Positions 11,758-24,498 of a stretch of 64,000 bases of DNA are shown piece after piece. The notes under the pieces were generated by a model that was not told where the DNA came from, did not search any database, and worked only from the letters and a program-made list of their open reading frames with translations. The stretch covers positions 62,001 to 126,000 of the forward strand of contig LSRY02000037.1 of the NCBI GenBank assembly GCA_001643675.2, given 5' to 3'. This DNA comes from Monocercomonoides exilis PA203. Its lineage: Eukaryota; Protista; Preaxostyla. Each line of letters begins with the position of its first letter. Within the stretch, counting starts at the first letter, position 1. The position numbers and the translations under genes were made by a program.

Positions 11758-13532
11758 TCACTTTTTTGGTGGAGGGATAAACAGTGAAGGAATAGCCTCT
11801 TTTTCTTTCGATGCAACAACTGCATAATTGTGCACAACTCCTCCTTCTTCAACATGAGTAACCACTTCTCCACTCGAAGAAGAAGAAGATGATGATGAAG
11901 ATGAACTTTTCGCATCTCCAGCTTCATTCGATTTTTCAGAATTGCTTTCGAGTCTGCTTGAATCAGACTCGATTGCTTTTGATTCTTTTCCATCTCCACT
12001 GCTTTCTCCTTTTGCCTCATCCTCCTTCTCTTCTTTCACATCTTCTCTGATGATCATATCAACAACCTGAGCAAATACCTCAAAAGCTTCGTCATTTGTC
12101 TCGTTTTTGTGATACTCGCGAATAATCGGATACGCATACCCACATCCTTTCACACGCTCCCTTCCCACCTTCGATGACACAACCAGCAGCAGAGCCTGCC
12201 CACACATTTTCCTGATGAACGGGTCCGTCTCCTTCGTCTTGATCTCATCCACACTGCTTGTGTGCAGCCCATGCGGAGTGGATGAGATTATCAGATTCTC
12301 CTTTGTTATTCTGTCCATAATAACCATTTTTCCTGCTGTCCCAATCGACCCTGTTCCATCGCTGACCACCTCCCACTTATGCTCTTTGTATTCTACACTT
12401 CCTTTATCTTCAGTGCCATCTGACGAGGAAGTAAGCTGTTGTGTCATTTTTCTCATCTTCTCTTTAGCGGCGTTGCGAGGCAGTCTCTGAGACAAAATGT
12501 CAGGTAATCCAGCAAGCTCACCTGGCCGATATTCTCCATCGTCATCAGCTATCGTCTGGAGAAGTGAAGCTATCAGATCAAAACCAGGGTGCTCGACTTT
12601 TTCTGTTGATATTTCTGTTGGAGAAGTTGATGAACTTACCGATGAATTTGTAGAGGGGCCAAGTAATCTTAACAGTTCGCTTCCTTCCACCAGACAGTTG
12701 CGTATGGTGCCCATAATTCCTCCGCGACGCATTAAATCAATATGTCTTATAAAATGAATCAAATTTCCAATTAGTATCGGGAGGAAGGCATGCAGAAGCT
12801 GTTGAAGAAGCGGATGATGAAAGGCTCGGTTGTTTTTGCCTTTGGAGGAGAACTGCTCTGCATTCTGGAAGTTGAGATATGTTCATCAGTACCGATGCAA
12901 CCTAGCGCAATGGATCACCCAACTGTCCTTTTTCTTTAGAGTTTTTCACATCTTCTACATATTGAGATGATTTCAAAAAATAGTTTACAAGTCTCAAAAT
13001 TGATATATCTGCATCAAAACGTGGATCGTGCTCTTCCATTTTAGTAGGGACATTTCTAACACCTATTGTGTGAAACAACAAGTTCAATACCTCTGGATAT
13101 ATTGCTATATTCAACAATATCGCGGCATACATCGAGCGAAAAAGATTATCATCGTCACTTGTTCTATCCACAAGCAAAGTTAATAATTCTTTTGAACTGC
13201 CCTTTTGATGCTCATCATTTGACTGATCGCTCGTTTTCAATTCCGCTTCGACTGGATCTTTTTGGTAAAGTCGAGTAAATTTTAGACAAGAGGGACGATC
13301 AGTAGTTATGTTACAATAGATATTAAAGCTGGATGTGCAGTTTCTTGGGCATCATTTCGAAGCTTCCATATTTTATTTAGGCCTTACGATGCAAGTATTT
13401 GTCTTGTTTTTGAATTTGAAGAAAATCCTGCAAATGATTCATGGCTATTTTACATACATCAGATCTATCAGATGACAGAAATTCAATAAGTTCTTTTAAT
13501 TGCTCGGTATCTTCCTTCTTCAGTGAAGACAT
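11758..13532 (-). pseudogene. HGH1: HGH1/FAM203 (eEF2 chaperone) homolog, disrupted in its 5' part
   Basis: Motifs RRGGIMGTIRNC and ETDPFIRKM...GRERVK..YAYPIIREYHKNE...VVDMIIRE (DUF383/384-like). Reading from ATG 13532 (MSSLKKEDTEQLKELIEFL) requires frameshifts near 13432, 13316 and 12850-12765. It also passes in-frame TAA (13384-13386) and TAG (12902-12904). Confidence 0.78.
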
Positions 13533-13742
13533 GGCGTTCTTTTTCAAGAAAACTTTTGATATGCACTGTTCGATCTATTTCATTAAAAAAATTCGATTTT
13601 GCAAATTTTTAGAAATATAAAAATGAAAAAGGATTTTTAAAAATATTTCGTTGAGTTTCTCAGAAAAACATAACTGATTTTTTGATCGTTAGCTAAATTA
13701 TAATAAAAATTCGAATTTCGTTTGGATAACCGTGAATCAAAA
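13533..13742. promoter_or_regulatory. 210-bp head-to-head intergenic region, candidate bidirectional promoter for HGH1 and XRN1
   Basis: Divergent ATGs at 13532 (-) and 13743 (+). Confidence 0.5.
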
Positions 13743-15544
13743 ATGGGGATACCAAAGCTTTTTAGGCGTGAATATTCGTTAAGTTTTGTTGAAGAAAATC
13801 TTTTAACATGATAGATGCATGAGCGAGCGTTATCCAATGATTCTTTCTCCAATTGATCCTTTCTCTTCTCCTGACATCGGTTTCATTCAAATTACTATTC
13901 AATTTAGATTTTTGATTTTTATATTTTCAATTTTTAACATTTTCACAATAATTTTTAAAGATAATTTATACTTGGATGCAAATGGGATTGTTCATAATGC
14001 ATCTCGTTATGAATCATTATTTGGAAAAGACTGCACAGAAGAAGGAGTTATGGCAGAAGTTTTTCGAACGTTCGACAGATTTTTCCAAGCTGTTAAGCCG
14101 AAGAAGCTTGTATATTTCGCAATGGATGGCTTGAATACAAATTATTTGGTTGAACTGTATTATTGAAATTTTCTTTTATAAATTGTTATTTAGGAGTTGC
14201 TCCAAGGGCGAAAATGCATCAGCAGAGGCAAAGAAGATATAGATCTGCATTTGAAGCTGAAATATCTGGAAAAGGACACGGTCAATGCGTTAATGGAAAA
14301 CATGTCTTTGAGGGAACGTGCATAACATCCGGAACAGAATTTATGAGCAGATTGAACAAGTGGGTGAAGTACTATGCGCAAATGAAAATGAGCACCGATA
14401 AAGCCTGGCAAAGGTTGAAGGTGATCATCTCTGGGAGCGATGTTCCGGGTGAAGGAGAGCACAAAATCCTGTCGTACATCCGCAACAAGAGGAGGGAGAA
14501 GGGCTACGACCCGTCCACATCGCACTGCATCTACGGGCGCGATGCGGATCTGATTATGTTGACGCTGCTGACGCACGAGCGGAACATTGTGATTATGCGG
14601 GAAGAGCTGGAGGAGTCGATGTATGACGATTCACCTGTCGACAAGAACCACCGCATGAAGCTGCAGTTTCTGCATGTGAATATGCTGAGAGAATACTTGG
14701 CGTTGGAGTTTATGGAGTTCATGGGAGATGGCAAAGCTGGCAGTAATAGTAATAGCAATAGAAATAGCAATTCCAAAGAGGATAAGAGAAAAAGCATAGA
14801 AAGTGGAAGTGAAGATAAAGACAGAAATGAGAATGGCAAATCATTAGAAACAATTCAAAATATTCCATCTTCTCAGAAAGAAGCAACACATTCATCTGAA
14901 TCGTCTTCATCAACATCTTCTTCCTCTTCTTCCTCTCCAACCCATCCTCTTCTGTCCTTCCCCTTCGACTTCGAGCGCGCGCTGGACGACTTCGTGCTCC
15001 TCTGCTTCCTTGTCGGCAACGACTTCCTTCCTCGTATGATCTCTCTCGACATCGGCAAGCAGGCACTCACTGTGATCATCTCCGCCTACAAAGCTGTGCT
15101 GCCTTCGATGCACACGTTTCTGACTGAGAAGGGGTGGGTGACTGATTGGGACGCATTCGAAGCGATCTGCCAGAAAGTGGCGAAGGAGGAGAGAAAGACG
15201 GTGAGCGATCTGATGATCCAGCGAAGAAGAGGTGGAGGTGGAGGTGGAGGAGGAGGAGGCGGATGGGTCAGTAATTCATCTTCACTTCAGTTTCCTTCTT
15301 CTTCTTCCTCTTCTTTATCTTCCTCTTCTTTATCTTCCTCTTCTCCCTCTCCTTCTTCTCGTTCTGGCAACAGACGTGCTCCTTTCGTATCGTTCTATGA
15401 ACGTTGTTTTTTGCCTGGCAAGTTCGCGTTGTTTGTGCAGAATCTTCCGTTTTCGGTTTCTGCTGATATTTTGTATGAATATTTTGCTTCTCTTGTTCAT
15501 GTGCCAAAAAAAGGAAGAAAAGCAGAAAAATCATCATCATCATC

Positions 15545-15578
<34 letters not shown>

Positions 15579-16508
15579 GGCAAAGAAGAAGAAGAAGAAG
15601 AAGAAGGAATTGCAGCAGAAAACGAAGAAGAAAGCGTTCACGATGATGATTACGGTGGTAGCTTTATTGACGAAGGTCTCTTTGACACATCTTTTTCCCT
15701 CATTCCCAGAGAACCTCCCCGACGTGTGCGGATCGAGACAGAGCGTGACTGGGCAGACGAGACGAGAGAGAGGTCGAAAGGGTTTGGCTTTGTGGAGTAT
15801 GCAAGCAGAGAAGATGGGATCAGGGCGATGCTTCTGGCAGACGGGAGAGAGCTGATGGGAAGACTGCTCAGTGTGAAGGAGTCGAAGAAAGGGTTTGGAG
15901 GCAGAAGCGGAAGAGGGGTGATGCATTATCCAGGAGGAGGAGGAGGAAGAGGAGGAGGAGGGAAAGGAGAAATGAGTTTCTGGCAGAGGAAGAAGATGGA
16001 GCGAGCGAATGAACTTAAAAGAAATTCCAGTGATAACTCCAAAAATGAATTTTCTTCATCTTCACCTTCACCTTCATCGTCGTCGTCATCATCATCTTCT
16101 TCTTCTTCAGGCTCCTCTATTTCTCTAACAAATCCATGGAATTATTCTTCTTCTTCTTCCACTTCCCAAAATAATCAATACACACACAATTGGAAAGCTA
16201 ACAAAGTTGATGCGCTGTCAAATGAGTTGGATCGATTGAGTATTCAATCTCATCCTTCTTCTTCTTCTTCTTCTCCTCCTTCTTCCTCTTCTTCCTCTTC
16301 TTCAAATCCAACGCCAACACCATTATCATTATCATCTCCATCACCTTCTCCTTCTTCTCTTTCTCCTTCTCCTTCTCTAGCTGCTTCAACAGATTTTTCA
16401 TCTTCTCCTTTTCCATCTTCTCCTTTTCCATCTTCTTCCTCTTCCTCTTCTTCCTCTTCTTCCTCTTCTTTCTCTTCTTCCTCTTCTTCCTCTTCTTTCT
16501 CTTCTTCC

Positions 16509-16543
<35 letters not shown>

Positions 16544-17723
16544 TTCTTCTTCTTCCTCTTCTTCAACAGAACCAGCTCAGTCTGCTGATCTAATCTGGAG
16601 AGAAATGTATTACACGATGAAGCTTCATTTCCCTCTGCCACTGCCAAATCTCAAAGAAACGGCCGAAAAGAAGAAAACTTCTACTGAAAAGAGCAATGAA
16701 ATTTCATGTGAAGAACAAAAATCTTCATTAAATTCTTCTTCGTCCTCATCTTCTTCAATTTCTTTTTCCTCTTCCTCTCCTCCTTCTCCTTCTTCTCCTT
16801 CTTTCCCTCATCCTCTGTATGACCTTGTCTCAGACTACATCACAGCTGTCCAGTTCATCTTTCTCTACTACACACGCGGCTGCCCTTCCTGGAGCTATCA
16901 CTTCTCATCATTCTACCCCCCTCTGCTGACTGATCTCGTGGGACTGTCACAATTCACAGAGAAATTTGAGAGAGGAAGGAAGGAGTGCGAAGAGAAGGAC
17001 GTGATTGGTTTGTTTCATAAAAAATAAAAAAAAATTTTTTTAAAAAAGGAAAAAGAAAAGGAAATGATGAAATTTCCAATGAAAGCCTTTTATTTGATTC
17101 ATAAATATTCTTTTTACCAAATATATTCATCCTTTCTTTTTCTTAATCTTTATTTTATTTGAAATCACATTTTTATGTGTTTTTTCAATTATTATTTATC
17201 TTACAATTATACAATCACATTTTTCACATTTCTTTTCTCTTCAATTTCTTTCAATTTAATCTTTCATTCAATTTATTTTCTTCTCTTTTATAATAATAAT
17301 AATAATAATTATTATTATCACCAATATTTCAGACTCCATCTACCCCTTCGAAGTGAGCCAGCCCTTCCGCCCCTTCGAGCAGCTCCTGTCTGTCCTGTGC
17401 CCTGTCGATGCTTATCTCCTCCCTCAGCCTCTTCGTCCTCTTCTGACTTCTTCTTCTTCTCCGCTTTCGAAGTTTAATGCGACCACGCTGTATGTGGACA
17501 ATGCATTCACGGCAGATGGGAAGAAGAAAGAACACAGACACGCACTGATTAAGTTCACGCTGGGGAAGGAAAAATGGAGTGCGGAAGAAGGAGAAAAGAA
17601 AGGAGATGAAAAAGGGAAAGGAGAAGAAGAGAATAACAAAGAAAATGCATCCGTTGCAGATGAGCAACAAACAAAGAGTTGCCTCTCACCTTCAGAAACT
17701 GAAGCTATTTCAACATCAACATC

Positions 17724-17804
<81 letters not shown>

Positions 17805-17874
17805 TTCTTCTTCTTCTTCTTCTTCTTCTTCTTCTTCTTCTTCTTCTTCTTCTTCTTCTTCTTCTTCTTCTTCT

Positions 17875-17906
<32 letters not shown>

Positions 17907-20900
17907 CTCTTTCGATCTCTTCCAGCCGCTCCCCACTGATGAGATCATCGACAGCCACACGCTTGCTGAGTTTCCTCACCACGAGTCAGTCATCCTTCTG
18001 CCTTTTGTTGACTCAGACACGGTCATCAGAGCAGCAGAGGAGCTGTATCCGAAGCTGAGCAGAGAAGAGAAAGAGCGCAATGAAATGGGATGGAACCTGG
18101 TTTTGTTGTCTCCTGAGCACCTGGAGAGGAAAAAGGAGATGGAGAGGATTAGAGGAGAAGCTATGGAGAAGAGGAAAGAGGCGATTGAGAAGTGGAAAAA
18201 GGAGGAAGATGAAAGAGTGAAAGAGAAAGTGGGAAAGGAAGATGAAAAAGAAAATGGTGAAGAAGAAAAGAAATTGGAAAGCCGAAACAAATTGAATGAA
18301 TTGCTTGTGTCTATTGAGAATGAAGAAGAGGCTAAAATGGAGTCAGTTTATCCCTCACACATGCTGGAACCGCCTTTGCGTTCTGACTTGCCTCTCTCTC
18401 TCACTCTGCCTTTCCCTTCGCTCAAGCAGTGTCGTGTTGCTGTGCTCAAAGCAGCTCCTCATTCAGATAGGCTGCTTGAGGAGGCAGATGAAAATGAATT
18501 GAAGATTTATTCAAATTCAGGTTTGGCTTTTATTTTTTATTTTTTATTTTTTATTTTTTATTTTTTATTTTTTATTTTTTATTTTTTGAATTATTTTATT
18601 ATTTTGTTTTTTTTGATTTGCACATTGAAATTTTTCTGATGTGAAAATTTATTCATATATATTTTTAAAAATTTATTTAATAATTCTTCTCTTTCTGTCC
18701 TTCTTCTCATTCTCAGGTTCAATCGAGTATTGGAGGGAAAGCTTCATTCCCTTTGAACCAAAGCTCCTTCCTGGTTCTTATCTGCGTGCTGGCTTTTCAT
18801 CACTTTATGTTCTGCGCAAGCCTTCTATTTCATTCTTCCTGTCGCATTCGCTTCCTTTGCCTTCTTCAGCAGTCAATCAGATGCCAATGACAGTTCCAAG
18901 TGTGAGTTGCTTTGCAAGTTCACCCTGTTTGACGGGGCAAAAAGAAGGAAATTTAAAGAAAGGTGAAACAAATGGGAGTGGAGAAAAGGAAAAAGAGGAA
19001 GTATTGAGAGAAATTGACTGCTTAAGCAAATCTGCTCTGAATCTGACGAGCTTTGTTCGCCCTGTGAAGATGAAGATGTTTTCATACAGTTCGAACAACC
19101 CTTCTCAAATAATATATGTTGGAAATCCGCTTTTCACAAAGAAGGACAATGAAAAGATGCTGAGGGAGAACAAAGAGAGGATGCGGAGGGAATATGAAAG
19201 TATTGAAAGAAGAGAAAGACTGAAAGAATACCGTCTTTGTAGCCATGGAGAACAGCAACAGCTGCATCAACGACAACGAAAAGAGGAGAAAGAGGAGGGA
19301 GCAGAAAGAGAGGTGAAGGATGATTACGACAGCGCCATGAAGATGTATGAAGAAATGTTTGAAACGTCAAGCAATGTTGAGGGAAATAAAGAAATGGATA
19401 CAGATTCCTCAGAGAAAAATGATGAAGACGATGAAAAAGAGAAGGAGAAAGAAGAAATAGCAAATTCATTATCTTTATCTTCTTCAATCACTGGAATCAA
19501 TCCAAGAACTTTTCTTCCACATTCTTTTGCTTCTCTTTCCTGCTCCACACGACTTCAGATGGTCAGCGATGCTCTGCGGCTGCTTGTTGGGTGTATGTGC
19601 TATGTTTCCTATCCCCATTTGATTCCAGCGAGGGTGTACAGAATTGATGCACCGGGAATTAGTTTAGTTCTGGACCCGATGGCGAGCGAGAGGGAAGAAG
19701 AGGAAGAGCTGAGGATGAGGAGATTGGAGAGAAAGATGGAAACAATGAAGACTTTAAATGAAAAGAAAGGACTTTCTGAGTGTTCTGGTGATGGCTCTTG
19801 TGAAGACATTGATGAACAAACAATGGAAGAATACAAACAATGGAAAAAAGCGAGGGAGGAAGAAACTCTATTTTGCGAGATAATGAAAGCAATGTGGATG
19901 AATGAAACGCTCAAAAATAAGCACAACAAAAGTCAAGAAGATAAAGAAGAAGAAGAAGAAGAAGAAGAGATTGACGAAAATGAAGTGAAGCTATATGAAG
20001 ATCCGAAAGACAGCACCGATAACTATGGGATGATGGATGAAGGGCAGAGAAATGGAACCTTCGAAGAAAGACAACAGCACCTGTACGGATCTCATTCGCT
20101 TCATCAAGGCTCTCAGGGATTTGATGGTTTTTCTGGAATGAGAGGTCAAAATCCATTCTCTCATTCTCCGTCGAGCTACTCGCAATATTCAAACCGCTTT
20201 TCTGCTCATCAGGAATCTTCTTCACCTTATTCTCATTTTTCTGTTTCTTCTTCGTCTTCGTCGTCGTCATCTCCTTTTCCACATTCTGCTTCTTCATTCA
20301 CTTCGCAATCACAAGCGCATTTCGATTCCCAAAGAAATGATTTCAATAGCTTCAATCAAAGGGCTCCTCGTTTCAACCGATCAAAAAGTGCATGTTTGTC
20401 TGCTTCATTCATAAAATCTCTTCTGCAGATTCATCACGTTCTAACTTTGAACTGCCCTACTCTTTTTGCTCGCTTAATTGCTCGTTCTATACCTCTTCAG
20501 CCACTTTCGGATGACTGTTTCAACAGCCGTTTTTCATTCATTCGAAACCAGCTGATTTCAAGGCGAGGTATTGACGTGGGAAAGACTTCCAGTATATTGT
20601 GCTATGTGCATCCTTTGTGCTCAATGAAAAAAGGATGGAGAAAGAGAAGAAGTGCAATGAAAAAGGAGGAGATGAAGAGAGTGGAAGAGGAAGAAAAAGA
20701 AATGAACGCTGAGTTACAGAAACAAAATAAATACCAAAGAAGGGGAAAATATGCAAATCCAAAAGATACCGATGAAGAAGATGAAAACTATGATGATGAT
20801 GATAATGATGAAAGTTTGAAATTTGAAAGAGAGAAATTTGTGATGAATTACGCAGAAGCTGAAAAATTAGTGCAGAGAAGTCGAGCTGATGGAGAAGAGG

Positions 20901-23407
20901 TGAGCGATGCAGATTTCGAGAGAGCTCAAAGAAGACTGGAAAAGGGATTATTTGGGTTTAACTCGACAGAATCTGCAACAGATGGAAAGGTTGGGATTTG
21001 CGATGTTTGGAATCCACAAAAGGGAGATGGAAAAGAAAAATTCGAGAATGAAAACATGTTCAATGGCACTAATGATTTTGATGAAGAAGTGATTTCTGCT
21101 GAATATAATGTGGGCGACGCAATGTGTGTACCAATACAGTTGATATCAGCAATCCCTTCATTCACAGAAACAGTTAATACGACACAAGAGCTGTTTACAG
21201 AATTGGAACAACGACTTGCAGCCATTCAAACAGTTCCTAATGAAATCCCAACTTTGTCTCAAAGCGATGCAATTTGTGTTTGCGGAAGCAATCTGAATGT
21301 TCTTTCTGTGTCAAGACGAGATGAATCAGGAGAGATGGTGCCTATTTCTGTCTCTTCTATTCCTCATCCACTCGCTCTGGTGGCTACGTCTGGATCTGTT
21401 TTGAGTGTTTGCAATACAAAAGATAAAGAATTAATGATTGAAAGCAGAGATTATTTGAAAGTCAGTGAAGATGAAAAAATTAAAGATGTGCTAATAAAAG
21501 TTGAGTTTGATGCGTTTGAGGAACAAATTCCAGGGAAAGAAACAAGTTTGTTTAGCAACATTCCATTTGATCTTTTGCGTTCAGAAATACTGAGCCAAAT
21601 GTCAGTAGAAGATTGCACAAAAATGTCGTTGCTTCCTCCAAAATACTCACTTTATCCAGATCTTCTTTCTTGTTGTTTAATAACTTCACAGAAGTGGATT
21701 GATATGAGTGATGTTTTACAGATATTGCAAGTTTCTCATTTAACTCTTCAAATGCTCACAATGCCAAACTTCACGTTAACGCTCACAATGAACAATTATT
21801 ACAGCAACAGAAATCGTAGCTCGCACGAGCAGAGTTCTCAGTTTTCTGCTGTTGATTCTCGGGTTTACAAAGGATCTCTTGATGGAGACTGGGTGAATCA
21901 AGAAGATATTAAAAGGAAAAATAACGACCTTGGAGGCTATAAACTTGATTCAGGATCTGTATTTGGATCAGGTGATGAATCACAAGACATTCGAAAGAAT
22001 TTGAATGAACTGAAGCAAAAAGATCAATCAGAAGCAAAAGAAGCAAATGTTTCAAAAGTTCACTTTCCTGTGAATGTGACCTTATCATTCCCATTCATCG
22101 ATCCAGTCAATAACAGCCATTCTCCTCTATACGCTCGCTTCAATCCGATGAAAGACTGCACAGAATACTCGTTTTGTGCTCTGCAGATGTTGTTGGAATA
22201 CAGAAAGGACTTTCCTGCTGTGTTTGATTTCTGTGAGTCATTTATTTCGATTCCGCTTCGACTGAAGAGGTTTGACGTATTCTCTGTGTTTGGTCAAGGT
22301 AATGCTGAAGAGGAAGTTCAAAGGTTCACTGATTGGATGGATGAGAGGAAGAAGTTGATGAGCAAGCAACCGGAAGCAGAAGTCGGAAAATGCACCACAA
22401 TGAGACTTGAGAAAATGGGGATGACTTTGATGGAAAGATACGAGAGGGAAAGTGGATGGTCAAAGGATACATTCACTTTTAATGAAGACGGGGAAAGCTC
22501 AGCATCTTCCTCAACAAATGTTCACTCAAAAGTCAAAGAACAAAAAACAACTCGCATTCAAGTGACATGCTCAATTCATCCAGAATGCCTTGTTTCTTCA
22601 GTTTTCAGCATTACTGATGATGGTAGTGACGTCACCGGAGGGCAGCTGCGCATCGGTGATCGTGTCGTGTCAGTTGCTGCAACTGGCCTTGTTCCTTTTG
22701 GCACGTTAGGTCGAGTTGTTGCCTCTACATACCCCACTCCGTCCCACTGCGACATATGCCCTATGCACGCAAAGGTACTCCAATCATCTTCTGTTGGAAG
22801 CGAAGTAGTTTATTCTTCCAGGCATTTAACAAGTGGTTATAAACGCTCTTCGATTCCGTGCAACCACCCATTTCTGATTGAGCCATATTTGAAGAATTCA
22901 TATGTCTCTTGGGGTGTTTCAGATCGAACAACTGAGACACTTGCGGATCGTCAGTCGAATAATGAGCGATCCGTGAAAGTGTGTTGGGAGCGACCGATTT
23001 TATCTTTTCATTTTGAAGAAAGAGAAGAGATTGAGGAAGAAAGTGTGGGTGATGAAGAAACTTCGATAAAGGAAAAAGAAAGCGTTGAACAGGAAAAGAA
23101 GGAAAAATTGTTTTGTGTTTGCGACGTTGCGGACGATGATGTGTACAGATATGCTTCATTTACTCATCCAATACACAAAATTCAAGATATTCTCTTCGCC
23201 AATCAAAAGCTTTGCGCTTCGTCAATTGAAAGAGAAGTTAAAAGTTTTGTGGAAAAAGCATTGAGAGCTGTTAATAATATCGAAGAAAGAGGATGCAAAT
23301 CCTCTCAATTCGGCTCTTTGATACCATCAAAAAATGAAGAAAAAGAAATTTTGATAAATACGATGGCCAAAGTTCTACCAATTATGAAAAATGTTGCGTT
23401 TGTGTGA
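13743..23407 (+). CDS. XRN1: 5'-3' exoribonuclease, XRN1-like, ~2982 aa, 6 exons: 13743-13765, 13815-13879, 13961-14128, 14194-17007, 17333-18520, 18717-23407
   Basis: Motifs MGIPKLFR.MSERYP, DNLYLD.NGIVH, DGVAPRAKM.QQR.RRY, PGEGEHKI, YG.DADLIML, GNDFLP, YYTRGCPSWSY and PFRPFEQLL. A C-terminal GDRVVSV...VPFGTLGRVV (XRN1 SH3-like) segment is present. The exons join in frame (8949 nt). Introns 1 and 3 need GC donors. Confidence 0.88.
17712..17910 (+). repeat. Compound coding microsatellite (ACA)n(TCA)n(TCT)n encoding poly-Thr/poly-Ser in XRN1
   Basis: Direct reading of the sequence. Confidence 0.9.
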
Positions 23408-24498
23408 AGTGATTGTTTTAGAAATCAAAAAATTGTATTTTGTTTCATTTTTACAATTTTTTTTTCATTTCATTTTAATTCCAAATTATATCATACAATC
23501 CAATTCATGTTTGGGAGATGCAATATAATTGTACAGATTTTCAAATAGCGATGAATTTTAAGAAAAGTCCAAAAAGCCTAATTTTATAATATTTGCGAAA
23601 GCTTTCATCACTTATAAAAAAATTCAGATTTGACTTGCTTCAACTGTTTGGACGTTTGTTCAGTAATGATTGTAATTTATTATTACTTCAAAAAGATAGT
23701 TAATTGGTAATATTTCTGTTCATGAATTTCAAAATAATGATTTCCACTTTTTATGTTTCAAAAACGAACCCCATTTGCCAATTAACAGCCTTCAAAAACA
23801 GTTCCTCTATTGAATTATTTTGATTTGTTAACAAACGATACTAATTTCGGAAAGATTAAAAATGCTTATTAAAATAAGAGATATGCGCAAACAAGTTAGC
23901 TATTAATTCTTGATGAAAGCATAAATTGTGAATTGAATAAACTGAAAGTTTTCATTGAAAGAATTTGAAAATAAATGGATATAGATACAAAATCAAAATC
24001 AGTTCAACGCAATAATCTCTCGAATCCAAATGAAAACAAACTCATCAATAAATATTCTTCTGTTTAAACGCAAAAAAAGAATAATTATAAATTGTGAATG
24101 CAAGGATGTGGAATTACATATATACATGTTGTTGAGATAAAAGGTGTTGGAGTTACATTATCAACAAAAACAAAAAGACATCTCTTTTACGAGTGTCACT
24201 CTCAAAAGATGTGAAACGAAACAGATTGCAAAAGAAAAAATCAAGAATATATAAAACAGCTTTTCTTCACATGATATAATCACAGAACTCAAACAATTTC
24301 AAACAAAATCTCTTTCAACAAAAATAAAATTAAAAACTGAAATTTCAAAAAGATTTAACATTTATTTCAAAAAATTGAACAAAAAAATATTGAAGTTGCT
24401 TTCAAAAAAAACAAAAAAGATTGGAAAAAACACATTAAAGCTTTTGATATTCTTCATTCATTCATCAGAATGTTTCCCTTTGTTTGGAATTAGCTTTT

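Noticed and set aside
12902-13386. TAA/TAG read as Gln (alternative genetic code) to explain the HGH1 stops
   Set aside because: Frameshifts are also needed, and thousands of codons in neighbouring intact ORFs contain no TAR.
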